Part shown: positions 27,256 to 36,175 of the stretch, piece after piece
How positions within the stretch are numbered: position 1 is the first letter of the stretch
Layout: the number at the start of each line of letters is the position of its first letter
From: a virus
Length of the DNA stretch: 64,000 nt
Virus record (IMG/VR): IMGVR_UViG_3300045988_144476
Direction: 5' to 3' (one strand)
The notes under the pieces: model-generated
Databases searched by the model: none
Seen by the model: only the letters and a program-made list of their open reading frames with translations
What the model was told of the DNA's origin: nothing
Translations under genes and position numbers: made by a program

Positions 27256-27659
27256 TCCATTTCCTCCTTAATCGGTGTTCTTTTTTCGCTTACAGTTATA
27301 AATGTGCCTTTATTTAAATCAACTAAATATTCATATGAATAAATAACGCCTACTTCTTTATATTCATCAAATATTGTAAGTAAATTTACATTATCTTCAT
27401 GCTCCTGGAACACAGGATTATGTAATCTTAAATTATAAAATTTATAACACTTAAGATTAATAAAAATTGAAGTATAAGAGACATAAGAGTTGCATATATC
27501 TTCTACACCCGATTCATAAGTGATTCTTTTATTAAAATCGTAATTTTTCATTATATTAACAATTTTTAAAATACTATCCTGTGTATTCTTTAATTCTTTT
27601 TGTAATTTGTCTATTTTGTCATATAATTCTTCATATTCACTTTTCTTATTCCAAAACAT
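27252..27659 (-). CDS. hypothetical protein
   Basis: Track ORF 27252..27674 trimmed to the ATG at 27659, just after the Thg1-like stop, with GGGGGAA SD. Confidence 0.55.
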   Translation of the reverse strand: MFWNKKSEYEELYDKIDKLQKELKNTQDSILKIVNIMKNYDFNKRITYESGVEDICNSYVSYTSIFINLKCYKFYNLRLHNPVFQEHEDNVNLLTIFDEYKEVGVIYSYEYLVDLNKGTFITVSEKRTPIKEEME

Positions 27660-27660
27660 A

Positions 27661-28494
27661 TTATTCCCCCACATATACTAATTTATTTATATATTCTCTA
27701 CCTTCATTCCGAAATACAGGAATTTGAACATCTATACGCCAATAATCACCACTATAATTCTTAACGCAACAAATTCCACGTTGTTTATGTGTTTCAAAAT
27801 CATTATCAAAATCAATATTTTTCTGCTTATGTAACATTTCTTTAATATCAGCAGTATTTTTATTCTGCAGTTCTTTCTGAGAAAAATTAGCCTGACCAAC
27901 CATCTGAATTGAATTACGAATACAATCCTGCTGTCTCCAGAAAAAATAATTAGTGACTTCATCTTTAGAGAGATTAAAACATCTGGAGTCAAAACCTTTA
28001 TACTTAACTTCAATTGCATTACTTAAATAATTAATATAAGTGAGATCTTCCTGATGCTGATTAATAAGCCATTGATTGGTACATCCCATATCCCAATTAG
28101 GAATATTTTTATAACCAAATTTCTCAATATTGTTCTCAAATACTTCTTTGAACCTAATAGTAGCTAGAGCAGCAGAGGTACTAACTATTTTCTGAATACG
28201 ATTATCAAACCAAGGTTGAGTATCAAAATCTTTATAATCAATAAGAAGTAATGAGATTTCATCAGACTGAGTATATGCAATAACACAATTCTGTACATTC
28301 TTACATAAATACAAAGCAGTCTGTTGCATAGAATTAATCAAAATATCATCAAATGGCCTCTTGAATCCTCTTGTAAAACTATGAAATCTGCGGCCATCAA
28401 GTCTAATGATTACCGGCATTCTCCGGATCAACTTCTGGTCCGTGACTTTTTCGTAGCTTTTCATTCTGATATCTAAATCTGTGTATACTGGCAT
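27661..28494 (-). CDS. Thg1-like protein (tRNA-His guanylyltransferase / 3'-5' nucleotidyltransferase family)
   Basis: IIRLDGRRFHSF, RPFDD, CVIAYTQSDEISLLL, FDSRCF and YFFWRQQDCIRNS line up with human THG1L VVRLDGRNFHRF, KPND, IVIAYGQSDEYSFVF, FDGRVV and YLSWRQADCHINN. Confidence 0.9.
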   Translation of the reverse strand: MPVYTDLDIRMKSYEKVTDQKLIRRMPVIIRLDGRRFHSFTRGFKRPFDDILINSMQQTALYLCKNVQNCVIAYTQSDEISLLLIDYKDFDTQPWFDNRIQKIVSTSAALATIRFKEVFENNIEKFGYKNIPNWDMGCTNQWLINQHQEDLTYINYLSNAIEVKYKGFDSRCFNLSKDEVTNYFFWRQQDCIRNSIQMVGQANFSQKELQNKNTADIKEMLHKQKNIDFDNDFETHKQRGICCVKNYSGDYWRIDVQIPVFRNEGREYINKLVYVGE

Positions 28495-28497
28495 TGT

Positions 28498-28824
28498 TTA
28501 ACTCTCCTTATCTGATTTTCCTAAAATTTTTTCAACAGAATGTGTACATTGATGAGTAACTTCAATAAAATCATTATTGTCTAATTCATTCTGACAATTC
28601 CTAAAGAATTTATTATAAATTTCATTTACACATTCTTTACTACAGCAATCAAGAGGTCTATCTTGATTCCAATTGTCATTTTTATCTACTTTTGTTATGG
28701 ATATCATCCAATAATGCTGCGGAATCTTCATTTTACGTCCACATACATCACAAACATAAGTATGATCAACAAGCACACGCTGTATCACTTGGCGTTCTTC
28801 AAATTTGTTTTCAATCATATGCAA
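28498..28824 (-). CDS. hypothetical Cys-containing protein (108 aa)
   Basis: CDVCGRK...CCSKEC; packed array. Confidence 0.55.
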   Translation of the reverse strand: MHMIENKFEERQVIQRVLVDHTYVCDVCGRKMKIPQHYWMISITKVDKNDNWNQDRPLDCCSKECVNEIYNKFFRNCQNELDNNDFIEVTHQCTHSVEKILGKSDKES

Positions 28825-29105
28825 CCCCCACTTACAATTACAGTAAGTCCATTCTTTATTCCTTTTTCTGGATTAGACCATTCTTCTGATTTAATAACTT
28901 CTTTATCTGAGTCATAAATACCCCCGTCAAGAGTAATTATCTTCCCTGATTCAGTTCTAAATGCTCCTGCAAATACATCTTTTTGTTCATCTGCAGAAGG
29001 AATAGTAACTCTATATTCAACATAGTCGTAGTCTTTGTTTTTTATAAGATCTCCTATAGTAGGATAAGATTCTTCATTCTTAATCATCGTTTTTATCCTT
29101 ATCAA
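28815..29105 (-). CDS. hypothetical protein (96 aa)
   Basis: Overlapping packed array. Confidence 0.5.
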   Translation of the reverse strand: MIRIKTMIKNEESYPTIGDLIKNKDYDYVEYRVTIPSADEQKDVFAGAFRTESGKIITLDGGIYDSDKEVIKSEEWSNPEKGIKNGLTVIVSGGCI

Positions 29106-29397
29106 TCTCTAATACGATTTTTCTGTATTCTGCTGATGTTATTTTCCCAAGCTTCATATTTATATAATCACTAAAATGCTCATCTCTAAATTTTGTATTA
29201 TACTGTATATCGTTACATAACTCTCTTATGTCTGATATAGCTTCTTGAGAATCCATATCACATTTACTCACATGGAGGCATATTTCACCGACTCCAAAAT
29301 AAAGGTGATAAAGCTGATCAATTATATAAATAAGCTGTTCTTTATCAAGTTTCTCTAGGTTTCTTTTAATACTTTTTCTCATAGTGTATCTATCCAA
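29080..29397 (-). CDS. hypothetical protein (105 aa)
   Basis: Overlapping packed array. Confidence 0.5.
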   Translation of the reverse strand: MDRYTMRKSIKRNLEKLDKEQLIYIIDQLYHLYFGVGEICLHVSKCDMDSQEAISDIRELCNDIQYNTKFRDEHFSDYINMKLGKITSAEYRKIVLEIDKDKNDD

Positions 29398-29666
29398 TCT
29401 TTTAACTCATATACATCAAATTCTGTAATATTCTCAACATCTGGATGATAGAAGAAGAGCGAACTATCATTAGTACCAGCATTAAAAGTCTGTTCCATGA
29501 GTGATAGGATGTTTTCAACACCGAGAGAGTATGCAGCTCTCTCAGTGTCAGTCATGTTTTTAGTTATATCTTTATTATTATTTAATGCTTCTTTAAATGT
29601 TTTTGTGTTGAATCCCCAGAAGGATATATCTTCCATATCTGTCTTGTCTAGTCTTTTGAATCCCAT
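29379..29666 (-). CDS. hypothetical protein (95 aa)
   Basis: SD GTGAGGTATT; box copy 2 lies about 15 nt upstream. Confidence 0.55.
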   Translation of the reverse strand: MGFKRLDKTDMEDISFWGFNTKTFKEALNNNKDITKNMTDTERAAYSLGVENILSLMEQTFNAGTNDSSLFFYHPDVENITEFDVYELKDWIDTL

Positions 29667-29680
29667 TACTTAATACCTCA

Positions 29681-29695
29681 CTGATTAAAACATTA
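29681..29695 (-). promoter_or_regulatory. TAATGTTTTAATCAG box (copy 2)
   Basis: 14/15 match on the - strand. It contains the stop codon of the Bro-N gene and sits about 15 nt upstream of the start at 29666. Confidence 0.5.
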
Positions 29696-30838
29696 GTTTA
29701 AATTAATGCTGTCGAAATCAATTTCACGAGCATCATACATCTGCTGAATAAGAGCTTCATAGTCAGATTTAAAAAGCTTAACAGCGAGGTCAAAAAGTTC
29801 ATTTATCATTCCAAGATGAAGATCGATAAATTCCATCTGAGACTTACACATTGGAGTGTGAGTGACGTTGTACTTATTCATGCGGGCTTTTACATTCATA
29901 TGGTATACATTATCAAATTCTCTGTAGAGAACCATCCATCTCAGACCAAAGTTTGTTCCAGGGAATCGAATCAATCTGTTAATCAGCATACGTTTTGTAG
30001 CGATAGGAACATCTTTTGTATAAGCATCAAGAGCCTTCTGGAAATCTTTGATATCCTGTTTCTGGGTTTCAATGATGACTTTCTGCTTGCGAATTGTCTT
30101 ATTTTGCTGATCAAGTGCCTGCAGATTCAGTTTAAATAGATTTTTATAATTTTCGTCTAAGAACGGCATGTATGTATCAATAAATAAGTCTTCTTGACCC
30201 TGGTTAATATAACCCCCGGTCTTACGAATAGTTTTCAGGATTTCTTTTACTTTCTTCTTGAATTCTTTTGCTTTAGGCTTACGTGAAAGCATCAGTACTT
30301 CGTAGAGGCCATTTTCAGTGAGGAACCATGCTTCTGTCTGGTAATTTGAACCGGTCGGAATAATCTTCCGAGTGGTTTTTTCATCTTCGTCTACATTAGC
30401 GAGCATTTTGTTTACAGAAGAAATATTATAATCAATCCACTCAGCCACATCTTTTGCTAAAAATAACGGTTCTTCCGGTGTCCCGAATACACGGACTGTC
30501 TTTTCAAGGAATGATTCTTCACGAAGAAGTGAGAGTGATGTAGATGTTGCTTCTACGGTAATTTTCTTCTCGGCTGCTGCTTTCTCAGCTGCTTCTTCAG
30601 CATCAAGTTCAGCAATAACATCCTGTGGTGTTTTGGAATGTTCTTCAATATCTCTAAGAGCCTGGCGAGGATCCGCATAAGCTGGAGCCTTTTTTGTTGG
30701 GGCAGTAGCAATTTTCTTCATATCTTCAAAGTCATGTGCAAGCATTTCGTCCATAGAAGAGTAAAATGCCCGTGCTACTTTGTCAGTTGCTTTTTCTGTA
30801 CTTGTAATCATCGTTGTGTCTGTGTTTTTTGTTTTCAT
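29693..30838 (-). CDS. Bro-N domain antirepressor-like protein
   Basis: VRVFGTPEEPLFLAKDVAEWIDY...TEAWFLTENGLYEVLMLSRKPKAKEFKKKVKEILKTIRKTG is a typical Bro-N/KilA-type DNA-binding domain. First gene of the leftward arm. Confidence 0.75.
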   Translation of the reverse strand: MKTKNTDTTMITSTEKATDKVARAFYSSMDEMLAHDFEDMKKIATAPTKKAPAYADPRQALRDIEEHSKTPQDVIAELDAEEAAEKAAAEKKITVEATSTSLSLLREESFLEKTVRVFGTPEEPLFLAKDVAEWIDYNISSVNKMLANVDEDEKTTRKIIPTGSNYQTEAWFLTENGLYEVLMLSRKPKAKEFKKKVKEILKTIRKTGGYINQGQEDLFIDTYMPFLDENYKNLFKLNLQALDQQNKTIRKQKVIIETQKQDIKDFQKALDAYTKDVPIATKRMLINRLIRFPGTNFGLRWMVLYREFDNVYHMNVKARMNKYNVTHTPMCKSQMEFIDLHLGMINELFDLAVKLFKSDYEALIQQMYDAREIDFDSINLN

Positions 30839-30872
30839 TTTAGTTTTCTCCTTTTAAATTACACTGTTAAAA

Positions 30873-30887
30873 TTGATTAAAACATTA
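30873..30887 (-). promoter_or_regulatory. TAATGTTTTAATCAA box (copy 3)
   Basis: Exact 15-mer, 35 nt upstream of the Bro-N gene ATG, with SD AAAGGAGAAAA in between. Confidence 0.55.
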
Positions 30888-31061
30888 TTTATAAAGATTT
30901 TTTAAATCAGCTTTTATGTAGTTGGTATTTCTACTACATAATTGTCAAATGTTAAATCTGGAGATGTAAGTAGTGATTTAATCAAATAACCGTTGCTGAT
31001 TGTTTGTAGTATATCACTGAAAAATGAGGATGTCAATAGGCTTTTTAAATAATATGCTAGG

Positions 31062-31076
31062 TTGATTAAAACATTA
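31062..31076 (-). promoter_or_regulatory. TAATGTTTTAATCAA box (copy 4)
   Basis: Exact 15-mer on the - strand in the divergent control region. Confidence 0.45.
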
Positions 31077-31726
31077 GAATAAGGAATTTAATACATCTAA
31101 TAGGAAGAAAGTGCTATTTGGATGAAAGTGTTAAGGTGATTTTTGCGATGATGGGATCGATGGAGGGGAGAAAATTAGAGATGAGGTGATTGCTGGATTT
31201 CTGGTTAGTGTAGAAGTATACCGGCTTAGGAAAAATGACTGACAATTTCGACGTTTTGCAGTCAAAAGCACCCCCTATACGATTATTAATCATGTTTAAC
31301 ACGCCTAAAACCCTCTGTTTATGCGGGTTTGCGGACTTTTCTAAATTTTTTTAAAAATTGCAAAAATGGTATAGTACTATAATATGAGTATGGTATTCTA
31401 TGCTTGTCCGAGGGGGACGTTAAACACTTATGTCCAAGCAAGTAATATCGTACATTGACAAGCAATTGAAATATGGCAAGTATCACGCATAGAGTACCTT
31501 TTATGGACTTTAGCGTATCTCTTTAGAACGCTGTGAAAAAACCATAAAGTAGACGAACATACAAGATAGAAAAGTCTAGTTCCGATTAGACAAATTGTTT
31601 TTTTCTTCCTTGTCATCTTGCCACCGTGCATTGAAAATTTTCAGTGTAGGGTGGTGGGATGAACACCAAACTAACAATATTATTTTGGTACTCGTAAACC
31701 ATATTGCGAGAGAAAAGGGGAAAATT

Positions 31727-32644
31727 ATGACAGAATCAACAAAAATTACAGCGGTAGCATTCGTTATCAACAAAGACGGTGATGTAAAATCTATCTCAGC
31801 CAAAACACCAAAAAACGTGGTGAATGATAACTTTTTCAGTTACGCTTGCCAGTATCATGCACTGAATATTCAGTATAATGTTGCTGAATCTGATGTGTTA
31901 AAAGCTGAATACGAAAAACTTGAAAAGTTATCTGATGATGTTAACGAACGATTAAAGATTCATAAAAAACACGTTGAAGATGCTAAAGCATACAGGACGG
32001 CATGCGATACAGCACGCAATAACTTTATCAGCAAAGTTCCTGAATCTGTGTTGAATACCTTTAAAGCCGATACATTTGCTAAAGTTTATACACATATGCT
32101 GATGAATGCAACATCATACACTATAGTTGAAAGTACTATAAAAGGTGTAAAGCTGAAAAAGGTACCATATGATGTTTTTAACCCAGATTGTTATTCAGAA
32201 TCAATCGAGGGTGTAAACTGGAAACTTTCACACGCTGTCGTAAACTTGTTTGACAGTACAACACCTAAAGCGATAAAACAGGAAGCATTTAAACCGTTTA
32301 TCACAATTTTAAATGAAATGTTTGGCAGTACTACACTGAGAAAAGATGTATATAAGCCAATAAATTTCAATCAAATTGCGTTACAGTTATGGGCTGAATA
32401 TGCACAGTCTCTTAAAGACGGCAATGATAAAATTACATCAGGTGTTAGTTTTAAATTAAAAAACAATGAAAAATCATTGTACACTTTAGCACTCGTGGGT
32501 ATGACTCATTTACATATCACCGAACTTGCTACTAATGCTGAGAGCAAAAAAGAGGACGAGCTGAAAAAATGGGCCGATGAATTTGCTGAGAGTTTAAAAG
32601 CCACTAAAGAAAAAGTATCTGGCAAGGAAGAAAAAACAAAATAA
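31727..32644 (+). CDS. hypothetical protein (305 aa), first gene of rightward arm
   Basis: Track ORF 31595.. trimmed to the ATG at 31727, preceded by AAAGGGGAAAATT. Confidence 0.6.
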   Translation: MTESTKITAVAFVINKDGDVKSISAKTPKNVVNDNFFSYACQYHALNIQYNVAESDVLKAEYEKLEKLSDDVNERLKIHKKHVEDAKAYRTACDTARNNFISKVPESVLNTFKADTFAKVYTHMLMNATSYTIVESTIKGVKLKKVPYDVFNPDCYSESIEGVNWKLSHAVVNLFDSTTPKAIKQEAFKPFITILNEMFGSTTLRKDVYKPINFNQIALQLWAEYAQSLKDGNDKITSGVSFKLKNNEKSLYTLALVGMTHLHITELATNAESKKEDELKKWADEFAESLKATKEKVSGKEEKTK

Positions 32645-32663
32645 AATATCTATCTGGTGAAAA

Positions 32664-32689
32664 AAGAGTCTGTAAAGGCTCTTTTTTTA
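32664..32689 (+). terminator. rho-independent terminator
   Basis: AAGAGTC-tgtaaa-GGCTCTT followed by a T-run. Confidence 0.7.
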
Positions 32690-32727
32690 TTGGATAAATT
32701 TAATTCAGAAAAAAGGGGTATAAAAAT

Positions 32728-33444
32728 ATGAAAACAACTGAATACAAGAACACAAGAAAACATCCACGTACACTTTATAAACCGCTTAAAATTGCATCAA
32801 CTTTCACCAGTATTGATAAATTTCAAATTCCATCCGGTGCAATTTATGGACGTATTACACCTAACATGTATATTTACATCTCTGATTTTGACCAATTCAA
32901 AACAGAATGTCCTAAATATACAATGTACATCCTTGACATGCGTTCGGATAAACGTTTCAGACGTACATCATTAACACCTAACAACTTTGCTTATAAAGCT
33001 ATTTTAGCATTCATTAAAGCTAATAACTTAACAGGTGTATGCAGTAAATACTATCATGAAAATCGTAAATATTACGATAAAAACGGTAACGTTACAGGCG
33101 CACCACGCGAACGCCTTATTCCACAACCACAATCACGTTGTTATAGACAATCTATGGTTGACGGTAAAGGTTACGACATCAGTTGGGAAGAAAATATACT
33201 GGACAAAAATCCAGACGGTACACCATATAAAGGTATAGAGTCTCAATGTGATATTCAGTTCAATGAGTTCGAAGGTATTGATTACAGACTCACAAAAGAT
33301 GCTATATACGACTATGCTGATACAAAATATAAAGATGGCATGAAAGTAGACCAGACTAAAATTCGTCCTGAAAAATCTGGTAAAAATAATAAAATTAAAG
33401 TTCGCATACATCATGGTAATACTATAATCAATAAAGAATTCTAA
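32728..33444 (+). CDS. hypothetical protein (238 aa)
   Basis: SD AAAAGGGGTATAAAAAT; bounded by terminators. Confidence 0.6.
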   Translation: MKTTEYKNTRKHPRTLYKPLKIASTFTSIDKFQIPSGAIYGRITPNMYIYISDFDQFKTECPKYTMYILDMRSDKRFRRTSLTPNNFAYKAILAFIKANNLTGVCSKYYHENRKYYDKNGNVTGAPRERLIPQPQSRCYRQSMVDGKGYDISWEENILDKNPDGTPYKGIESQCDIQFNEFEGIDYRLTKDAIYDYADTKYKDGMKVDQTKIRPEKSGKNNKIKVRIHHGNTIINKEF

Positions 33445-33449
33445 AACCA

Positions 33450-33478
33450 AAGCACCTTTAAATAGGTGCTTTTTTTTA
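33450..33478 (+). terminator. rho-independent terminator
   Basis: 8-bp stem AAGCACCT/AGGTGCTT followed by 7 T. Confidence 0.85.
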
Positions 33479-33552
33479 TGCCCTTTTATCTTATTTAAGG
33501 AGGTGATAAAATGTGTATCAGATAACTGATACCAGAAAAGAGGATCTCAAAT

Positions 33553-33750
33553 ATGAAATACAGGGTAACTATTAATAATTATTATACCGTACTTCAAAAA
33601 TCTGGAGAAATAACAAGTGTAGTTTTACGACATTTCCCCGACAAAGATATAGCTGAAAAATTTGCAGCTATTCATGTTGATAATTGTACATCAACAACTG
33701 TCAGTGAAGTATCAGATTCAGATGCGGTGGATAAAATTATCTATCCGTAA
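33553..33750 (+). CDS. hypothetical protein (65 aa)
   Basis: ORF between two terminators. Confidence 0.45.
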   Translation: MKYRVTINNYYTVLQKSGEITSVVLRHFPDKDIAEKFAAIHVDNCTSTTVSEVSDSDAVDKIIYP

Positions 33751-33789
33751 CTTTCAACAACAACTTTACATTTCCCAAAAACACATTAA

Positions 33790-33815
33790 GAAGCCCAACT
33801 CCAGGGCTTCTTTTT
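33790..33815 (+). terminator. rho-independent terminator
   Basis: GAAGCCC-aactcca-GGGCTTC followed by TTTTT. Confidence 0.85.
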
Positions 33816-33846
33816 GTGTACAAAAAATACCACAACCACACATTAC

Positions 33847-33922
33847 AGTCCTGTTGTTGCGAGAAACAACCAAATTACCGGTTTACCCCTTACCGGTTGC
33901 AAGGTCAAACCTTGACAGGACT
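33847..33922 (+). ncRNA. 76-nt cloverleaf-like structured element (not a canonical tRNA)
   Basis: Closing helix AGTCCTGT/ACAGGACT encloses three hairpins: GTTG-cgagaaa-CAAC, ACCGGT-ttacccctt-ACCGGT and AAGGT-caa-ACCTT. GC-rich relative to its surroundings. Confidence 0.3.
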
Positions 33923-34081
33923 ATTCGCAGTAGTCACGCACTGCATAACAAAAAACACTATTAATGAAGTAGAGGAAGAACTTGACAATCTAAGACAGCA
34001 CCACAAAAAGTCTCTCCAGAGTGACTACGAGTTGGTGTACTCTTGCTAAAAACAACAATTGATTAATCGGAGGAAAATAAT

Positions 34082-34588
34082 ATGAAAACAAATAAAAATA
34101 AATTAAAGGCAAATAAATCCGCAGCTTACAATTCCATTAACGTAATGAAATCATTCATGGATAATCTCCATGAAGTTCCAGATTTCATGACAAAAGAAAT
34201 CCATAACATTGAGGATTTCATGTACGAAAGTACAGAAGATGAGTGTCACTTATCATTTGTAGACTTAATGAAATATCTCCGTTTCGTCTATACCAGACTC
34301 ACAAAATGGTCTGATAAAGTCGCATTCATCACAGTATTAACCTGTGGGAAATTTACCGACAGCATCCTTCCATTCTATATGCCTGGCACTGCAAAATGCT
34401 TACGTAACTACAAATATGTAGAGCGTAAACTCAAAAGACACGAACCTATCACGCTCAGAGTTGCTTATGGAGCTGATGGGTTCTTTTATGAAGATGGACA
34501 TTTCGAAGCAACTATTGATTTCTTTAATTGTAAAGAAGTCACATATTCTTATACAGATGAAACTGGTGAACATACCGGAAGATACTAA
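34082..34588 (+). CDS. hypothetical protein (168 aa)
   Basis: SD GGAGGAAAATAAT. Confidence 0.6.
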   Translation: MKTNKNKLKANKSAAYNSINVMKSFMDNLHEVPDFMTKEIHNIEDFMYESTEDECHLSFVDLMKYLRFVYTRLTKWSDKVAFITVLTCGKFTDSILPFYMPGTAKCLRNYKYVERKLKRHEPITLRVAYGADGFFYEDGHFEATIDFFNCKEVTYSYTDETGEHTGRY

Positions 34589-34618
34589 TTAATATATACA
34601 TATATAAGGAGAATAATA

Positions 34619-35026
34619 ATGATTAAATACAATACCATTAACCGTAACTTCAAAACTTTTGATGACTTTATCAGTTATCATTTTGATAGGCTTTCAGCTC
34701 ACACATTATATCAGACACTTACAAAAGATCCACCCATGGCTAAACAGCTTTTTAGCAATATTGTTTATGTTAGTCTGTATAATATCTATACAGATAACAA
34801 TATATGTGATGCAGACCTTAATACATTTGAAAATGTTCTTAAATTTGTATTCGGTGATGAATATGTTATAGAAGAAGAGGTTCACACAAAGATTATAGAA
34901 ACTGCATACTGTTTACGCTTTGGTTATAACGCTGTTAATCTTGAATGGCTCAAGAATAACGCTTATAAATGGTTTAACAAACATATGATATCACTTAATA
35001 CATTCCTTGATATTGCAAGACTTTAA
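34619..35026 (+). CDS. hypothetical protein (135 aa)
   Basis: SD AAGGAGAATAATA. Confidence 0.6.
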   Translation: MIKYNTINRNFKTFDDFISYHFDRLSAHTLYQTLTKDPPMAKQLFSNIVYVSLYNIYTDNNICDADLNTFENVLKFVFGDEYVIEEEVHTKIIETAYCLRFGYNAVNLEWLKNNAYKWFNKHMISLNTFLDIARL

Positions 35027-35053
35027 TAATATAACTAAATATCTATAACAAAT

Positions 35054-35128
35054 GCGATCCTAAAAATCCTATAAAATCATATTACTTGCCGATTTGAAAC
35101 TTGGGTTTTGAAATAGGATCGCTTTTTT
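35054..35128 (+). terminator. terminator-like long hairpin
   Basis: 9-bp stem GCGATCCTA/TAGGATCGC with a 51-nt loop, followed by TTTTTT. Confidence 0.45.
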
Positions 35129-35184
35129 GTACCTACCCACCCCCATTAAAGTGGAAACTACGGAAATAAAAGTAAAGAGAGGAA

Positions 35185-35586
35185 ATGGAAATGAATATGA
35201 AAAATATAATTAAAACAATCACAGCACTTACACTTGTATCTTTTACGACTCTGGCATCATGTCAGCCTGCATCCGCAGCTACGGAAACAATTCCACCAAC
35301 AATATCCAACTCATTAAATAAAACCTTCTATCCGCTCACCGGAATCGTCACCTCAGTAACTCCAGATGATTCCGACACATGTTCCGAAGTAATTACATTT
35401 ACTTGTTCCAACGGAAACATGTTCAGTTTCACAGCACCAACAACAGACTGTTGGGAAGAAGCTGACCTTGTATCATGCATCATGAATAACAAGGGAACTG
35501 AAACTGTTTATGATGATGAAGTAATCACATCTATGTATTCCGGATCCACAGACCAGTTAGAAGCACAGTTTGATTACACAAAATAA
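35185..35586 (+). CDS. putative secreted lipoprotein
   Basis: Signal peptide with lipobox: MKNIIKTITALTLVSFTTLASC. Start ambiguous (35185, 35191 or 35197). Confidence 0.6.
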   Translation: MEMNMKNIIKTITALTLVSFTTLASCQPASAATETIPPTISNSLNKTFYPLTGIVTSVTPDDSDTCSEVITFTCSNGNMFSFTAPTTDCWEEADLVSCIMNNKGTETVYDDEVITSMYSGSTDQLEAQFDYTK

Positions 35587-35601
35587 TAATGTTTTAATCA
35601 A
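35587..35601 (+). promoter_or_regulatory. TAATGTTTTAATCAA box (copy 5)
   Basis: Starts at the nucleotide after the stop of the lipoprotein gene, 17 nt before the next ATG. TTGATT lies 16 nt upstream of TTTAAT. Confidence 0.55.
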
Positions 35602-35617
35602 TGAAAGGAGATAAAAT

Positions 35618-35848
35618 ATGAAAGGCAAAATCATTCTTGGACTCACAGCATTCACATTACTTGCCGGAATCATCGGCACGATTGACATTAACACTTACAA
35701 CGGAATTCATTCCGTTACCGGTTATGCAGCGAACAATAAAATCATTGCTGACAATGGAAATACTTACTCTGCTTCGAATCTCGAAGGTAAAGTAAAAGTA
35801 ACTTTAGATAATAACGGAAGCGTTATTGAAATCACATCACAGAATTAG
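35618..35848 (+). CDS. small secreted or membrane-anchored protein
   Basis: N-terminal hydrophobic segment KIILGLTAFTLLAGIIG; SD AAAGGAGATAAAAT. Confidence 0.55.
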   Translation: MKGKIILGLTAFTLLAGIIGTIDINTYNGIHSVTGYAANNKIIADNGNTYSASNLEGKVKVTLDNNGSVIEITSQN

Positions 35849-35862
35849 AGAGGGAAATAACT

Positions 35863-36159
35863 ATGACAATCGATCCAAAAGAAATCAAAGAAAGAAAAGC
35901 AATTGATAAAAAGGTTGCAGAAGTTGAACCATTTTTTCCACTTGTTGAAAAGGAAGATGATGTAGCAGTTATTCATATGAAACATGCAATTGCAAACCTG
36001 TACTATAATTTGTTAAAAGAAATCTTTCCTCATACAGTAGCAATGTATGAAGATGAAATCATTACCACAGTAGGTCACAATGGAATGCATTATCTATATC
36101 TCACAGGCAAAATTGATTACTGTGGTTGTCCAAATGGTCACAGATTATTCATTATCTAA
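35863..36159 (+). CDS. hypothetical protein (98 aa)
   Basis: SD AGAGGGAAATAACT. Confidence 0.55.
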   Translation: MTIDPKEIKERKAIDKKVAEVEPFFPLVEKEDDVAVIHMKHAIANLYYNLLKEIFPHTVAMYEDEIITTVGHNGMHYLYLTGKIDYCGCPNGHRLFII

Positions 36160-36175
36160 GGAAGGAGCAAAGCAA

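Noticed and set aside
31114-31803. ORFs 31114..31302, 31428..31631 and 31576..31803 (- strand) in the divergent region
   Set aside because: They have no SD, overlap one another and the extended 5' end of the + strand ORF, and have low-complexity or hydrophobic composition atypical of this genome's proteins.
33816-34049. 77-aa ORF covering the cloverleaf-like element
   Set aside because: It has a GTG start inside the terminator T-run, no SD, and a Cys/His/Gln-rich composition. The RNA or DNA structure is the more likely reason this stretch stays open.
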